A stretch of 64,000 nt of DNA from Camelus ferus (lineage: Eukaryota): the NCBI RefSeq assembly GCF_009834535.1, contig NC_045697.1, positions 107,758,001-107,822,000 on the forward strand. The letters run 5' to 3'. The translations under genes and the position numbers were made by a program. Positions 61,677-64,000 of the stretch are shown here, in pieces (within the stretch, counting starts at the first letter, position 1; each line of letters opens with the position of its first letter). The notes beneath the pieces were generated by a model. The model was not told the origin of the DNA and made no database searches. It saw nothing but the letters and a program-made list of their open reading frames with translations.

Positions 61677-64000
61677 TTTGATCTTTTCTGTTGTTTTTTA
61701 GTCTCTATTTCATTTATTTGTGCTCTGATCTTTATGATTTTTTTCCTTCTGTTAACTTTGGGTTTTGTTTGTTCTTCTTCAGATCCCTTTAGATGTAAGG
61801 TTAGGTTGTTTATTTGAGATTTTTCTTGTTTCCTGAGGTAAGCTTGTGTTGCTGTAAACTTCCATCTTAGAACTACTTTTGCTGTGTCCCATAGGTTTTA
61901 GGTTGTTGTGTTTTCATTTTCATTTGCCTCTAGGTATTTTTTTATTTCCTCTTTGATTTCTTCAGTGATCCATTGGTTTTTTAGTAGCATATTGGTTAGC
62001 CTCTGTGTGTTTGTGTTTTTTGCAGGTTTTTCTTTTAGTTGATTTCTAGTCTCATAGCATTATAGTCAGAAAAAGTGCTTGATATGATTTCAGTTTTCTT
62101 AGATTCACTGAGGCTTGTTTTGTGATGTAGCCTGTGATGTATCCTGGAGAATGTTCCATGTGCTCTTGAAAAGAATGTGTATTCTGCTGCTTTCAGATAG
62201 AATACTTTTGTATATATATCTATTAAATCCATTTGGTCTAATGTGTCATTTAAGGCCAGTGTTTCCTTATTGATTTTCTGTCTGGATGATCTCTCCACTG
62301 ATGTAAGTGGGATGTTAAAGTCTCCTACTGTTATTGTGTTACTGTTTATTTTTCCTTTTATGCTTGTTAATATTTGCTTTGCATATCTAGCTGCTCCTAT
62401 GTTGGGCGTGTACATATTTACAGTTGTTTTACCTTCTTCTTGGATAGATCCCTTGATCATTATGTAGGTTGTTTGACTCTTGTAACAGTCTTTATTTTAA
62501 AGTCAAATTGGTCTAATATAAATATTGCTATTCTGGCTTTCATTTGACTTTCATTTGTATAGAATACCTTTTTGTATCCCATCACTTTCAGTCTGTGTGT
62601 GTCTTTAGATCTGAATTGAGTCTCTTGTGGGCAGCATATATATGCGTCTTATTTTTGTATTCATTCAGCTAATCTGTGTCTTTTGATTGGAGCATTTAGT
62701 CCATTTACATTCAATGTAATTATTAATATGTACGTTCTTTTTGCCATTTTGTGATTTGTTTTGGGGTTGTTCTATAAATCTTTTCTTTCCTTATTCTTTT
62801 GTTCTCTTGTGATTTGATCACAATTTAGTGTTATGATTCTTTTCTTCTTTTTTGTGTGTGTATCTATTATAGATTTTTTTTGTTTGTGGTTACCATGTGG
62901 TTTTTATATAGCAATCTATGTATACACCTGATTGTTTCAAATTGCTGTTCTCTTAAATTTAAATCCACTTAAAAAACACTGTTTTACTCTCCTCCCCTCA
63001 CAATTACTGTTTTTGAATAATATTTTACATCTAATTGTTTTGTGTGTCCCTTAGCTGCTTAGTGTGGATATAGAGGATTTTACTACTTTTGTCTTTTAAA
63101 CTTCCTATTAGCTTTGTGCATGGGTGGTTTCCTACTTTTACTATGTATTTGCCTTTACTGGTGAGCTTTTTTGTTTTGTAATTTTTTTGATTCTCTCTGT
63201 GGTCTTTTCTTTTTCAGCTAGAGAAGTTCCTGTAATATTTGTTGTAAAGCTGATTTGCTGGTGCTGAATTCTTTTAGCTTTTTCTTGTCACTAAAGCTTT
63301 TGATCTCTCCATTAAATCTGGAGGAGAGCCTTGCTAGGTAGAGTAGCCTTCGTTGTAGATTTTTCTCATTTCTCATTTTTCTCATTTTAATTACAGTGTA
63401 TCTTGGTGTATTCCTCTTTGGGTTAATCCTGTGTGGTACTCTCTGCACTTCCTGGACTTGGGTGACTGTTTTCTTTCCCATGTTATGGAAGTTTTCAGCT
63501 ATTATGTCTTTAAATATGTTCTCAGCCACTTTCTCTCCCTCTTCTTCTGGGATCCCTATAGTGCAAATATTAGTACACTTGATGTTGTCCCAAAGGTCTC
63601 TTAAACTGTCCTCATTTCTTTCCATTGTTTTTTCTTTTTTCTGTTCTGCAACAGTGATTTCCACTACTCTGCCTTCCAGTTCACTGATCAGTTTCTCTGT
63701 ATCATTTGGTATATTCTTGATTTCCTTCAAGTGTATTTTTCATTTCACTTCTTGTATTCTTGTCTCTGTATGGTTGTTCTTTATATTTTCTAACAATGTT
63801 AAAAACTTCTAACTTCTCACTCTGCATCCGTTCTTCTCCCAAGTTCTTTGATCATTTTTATAATTATTACCCTGAACTCTTTCATGTGTAAATTGCCTAT
63901 CTCCACTTCACTTAATTCTTATTCTGGGGTTTTATCTTGTTCCTTTGTCTGAAATGTGTCCCTCTTCCACCTCATTTTGTCTAAGTTACTCTTTGTATTT

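Larger units (their letters stand above)
57154..64000 (-). mobile_element. Long decayed LINE-1 (3'UTR, ORF2, ORF1; runs off the window end), interrupted by a nested L1
   Basis: 3' end at ~57154. ORF2 fragments at 58709..58894 and 62035..62460 (GDFNIPL...SRIHHRL...SDYNAMRLEIN). ORF1 fragment at 63218..63730 (LRDLWDNIKCTNICTIGIPEEEG...RINPKRNTPRY). Confidence 0.95.

Noticed and set aside
63218..63730. 170-aa ORF as a host or domesticated gene
   Set aside because: It is an internally deleted L1 ORF1 fragment within a decayed L1.
1..64000. CRISPR array, operon or prokaryotic defence system
   Set aside because: No regularly spaced repeats and no gene-dense ORF organisation. The sequence is eutherian repeat-rich DNA.

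Overview
This is repeat-rich, AT-rich mammalian (eutherian) genomic DNA. I found no protein-coding exon, RNA gene, CRISPR array or prokaryote-type system that I can support. Roughly 40% of the window (estimated by eye) is transposon-derived. LINE-1 fragments of several ages dominate, including a ~4.4 kb decayed ORF2 copy at 48-52.5 kb and an ORF1+ORF2 copy at 57-64 kb with a nested L1. There are also MIR and L2 relics, ERVL/MaLR and ERV1 solo LTRs, Tigger and hAT fossils, and one tRNA-Ala-derived SINE. That SINE resembles camelid vic-1, and no Alu, Bov-A/BovB or Can-SINE was seen, so a camelid genome is inferred. Most of the longer, recognisable ORFs in the track are broken L1 ORF1/ORF2 or their antisense shadows; the rest look like chance ORFs. 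The minus-strand bias of the L1s suggests a large intron of a plus-strand gene, which I could not identify. The most unusual signals are retrotransposition anomalies: (1) an insertion at 10352-11815 with a non-L1, polyadenylated 3' end and a 127-bp copy of its own 5' terminus pasted internally; (2) a ~46-bp L1 micro-insertion with an internal poly(A) site and a perfect TSD at 43.2 kb; (3) a young L1 with a probable 3' transduction at 8.0-9.4 kb. Repeat family names are recalled from consensus sequences, not from a search, and boundaries without TSDs are approximate.
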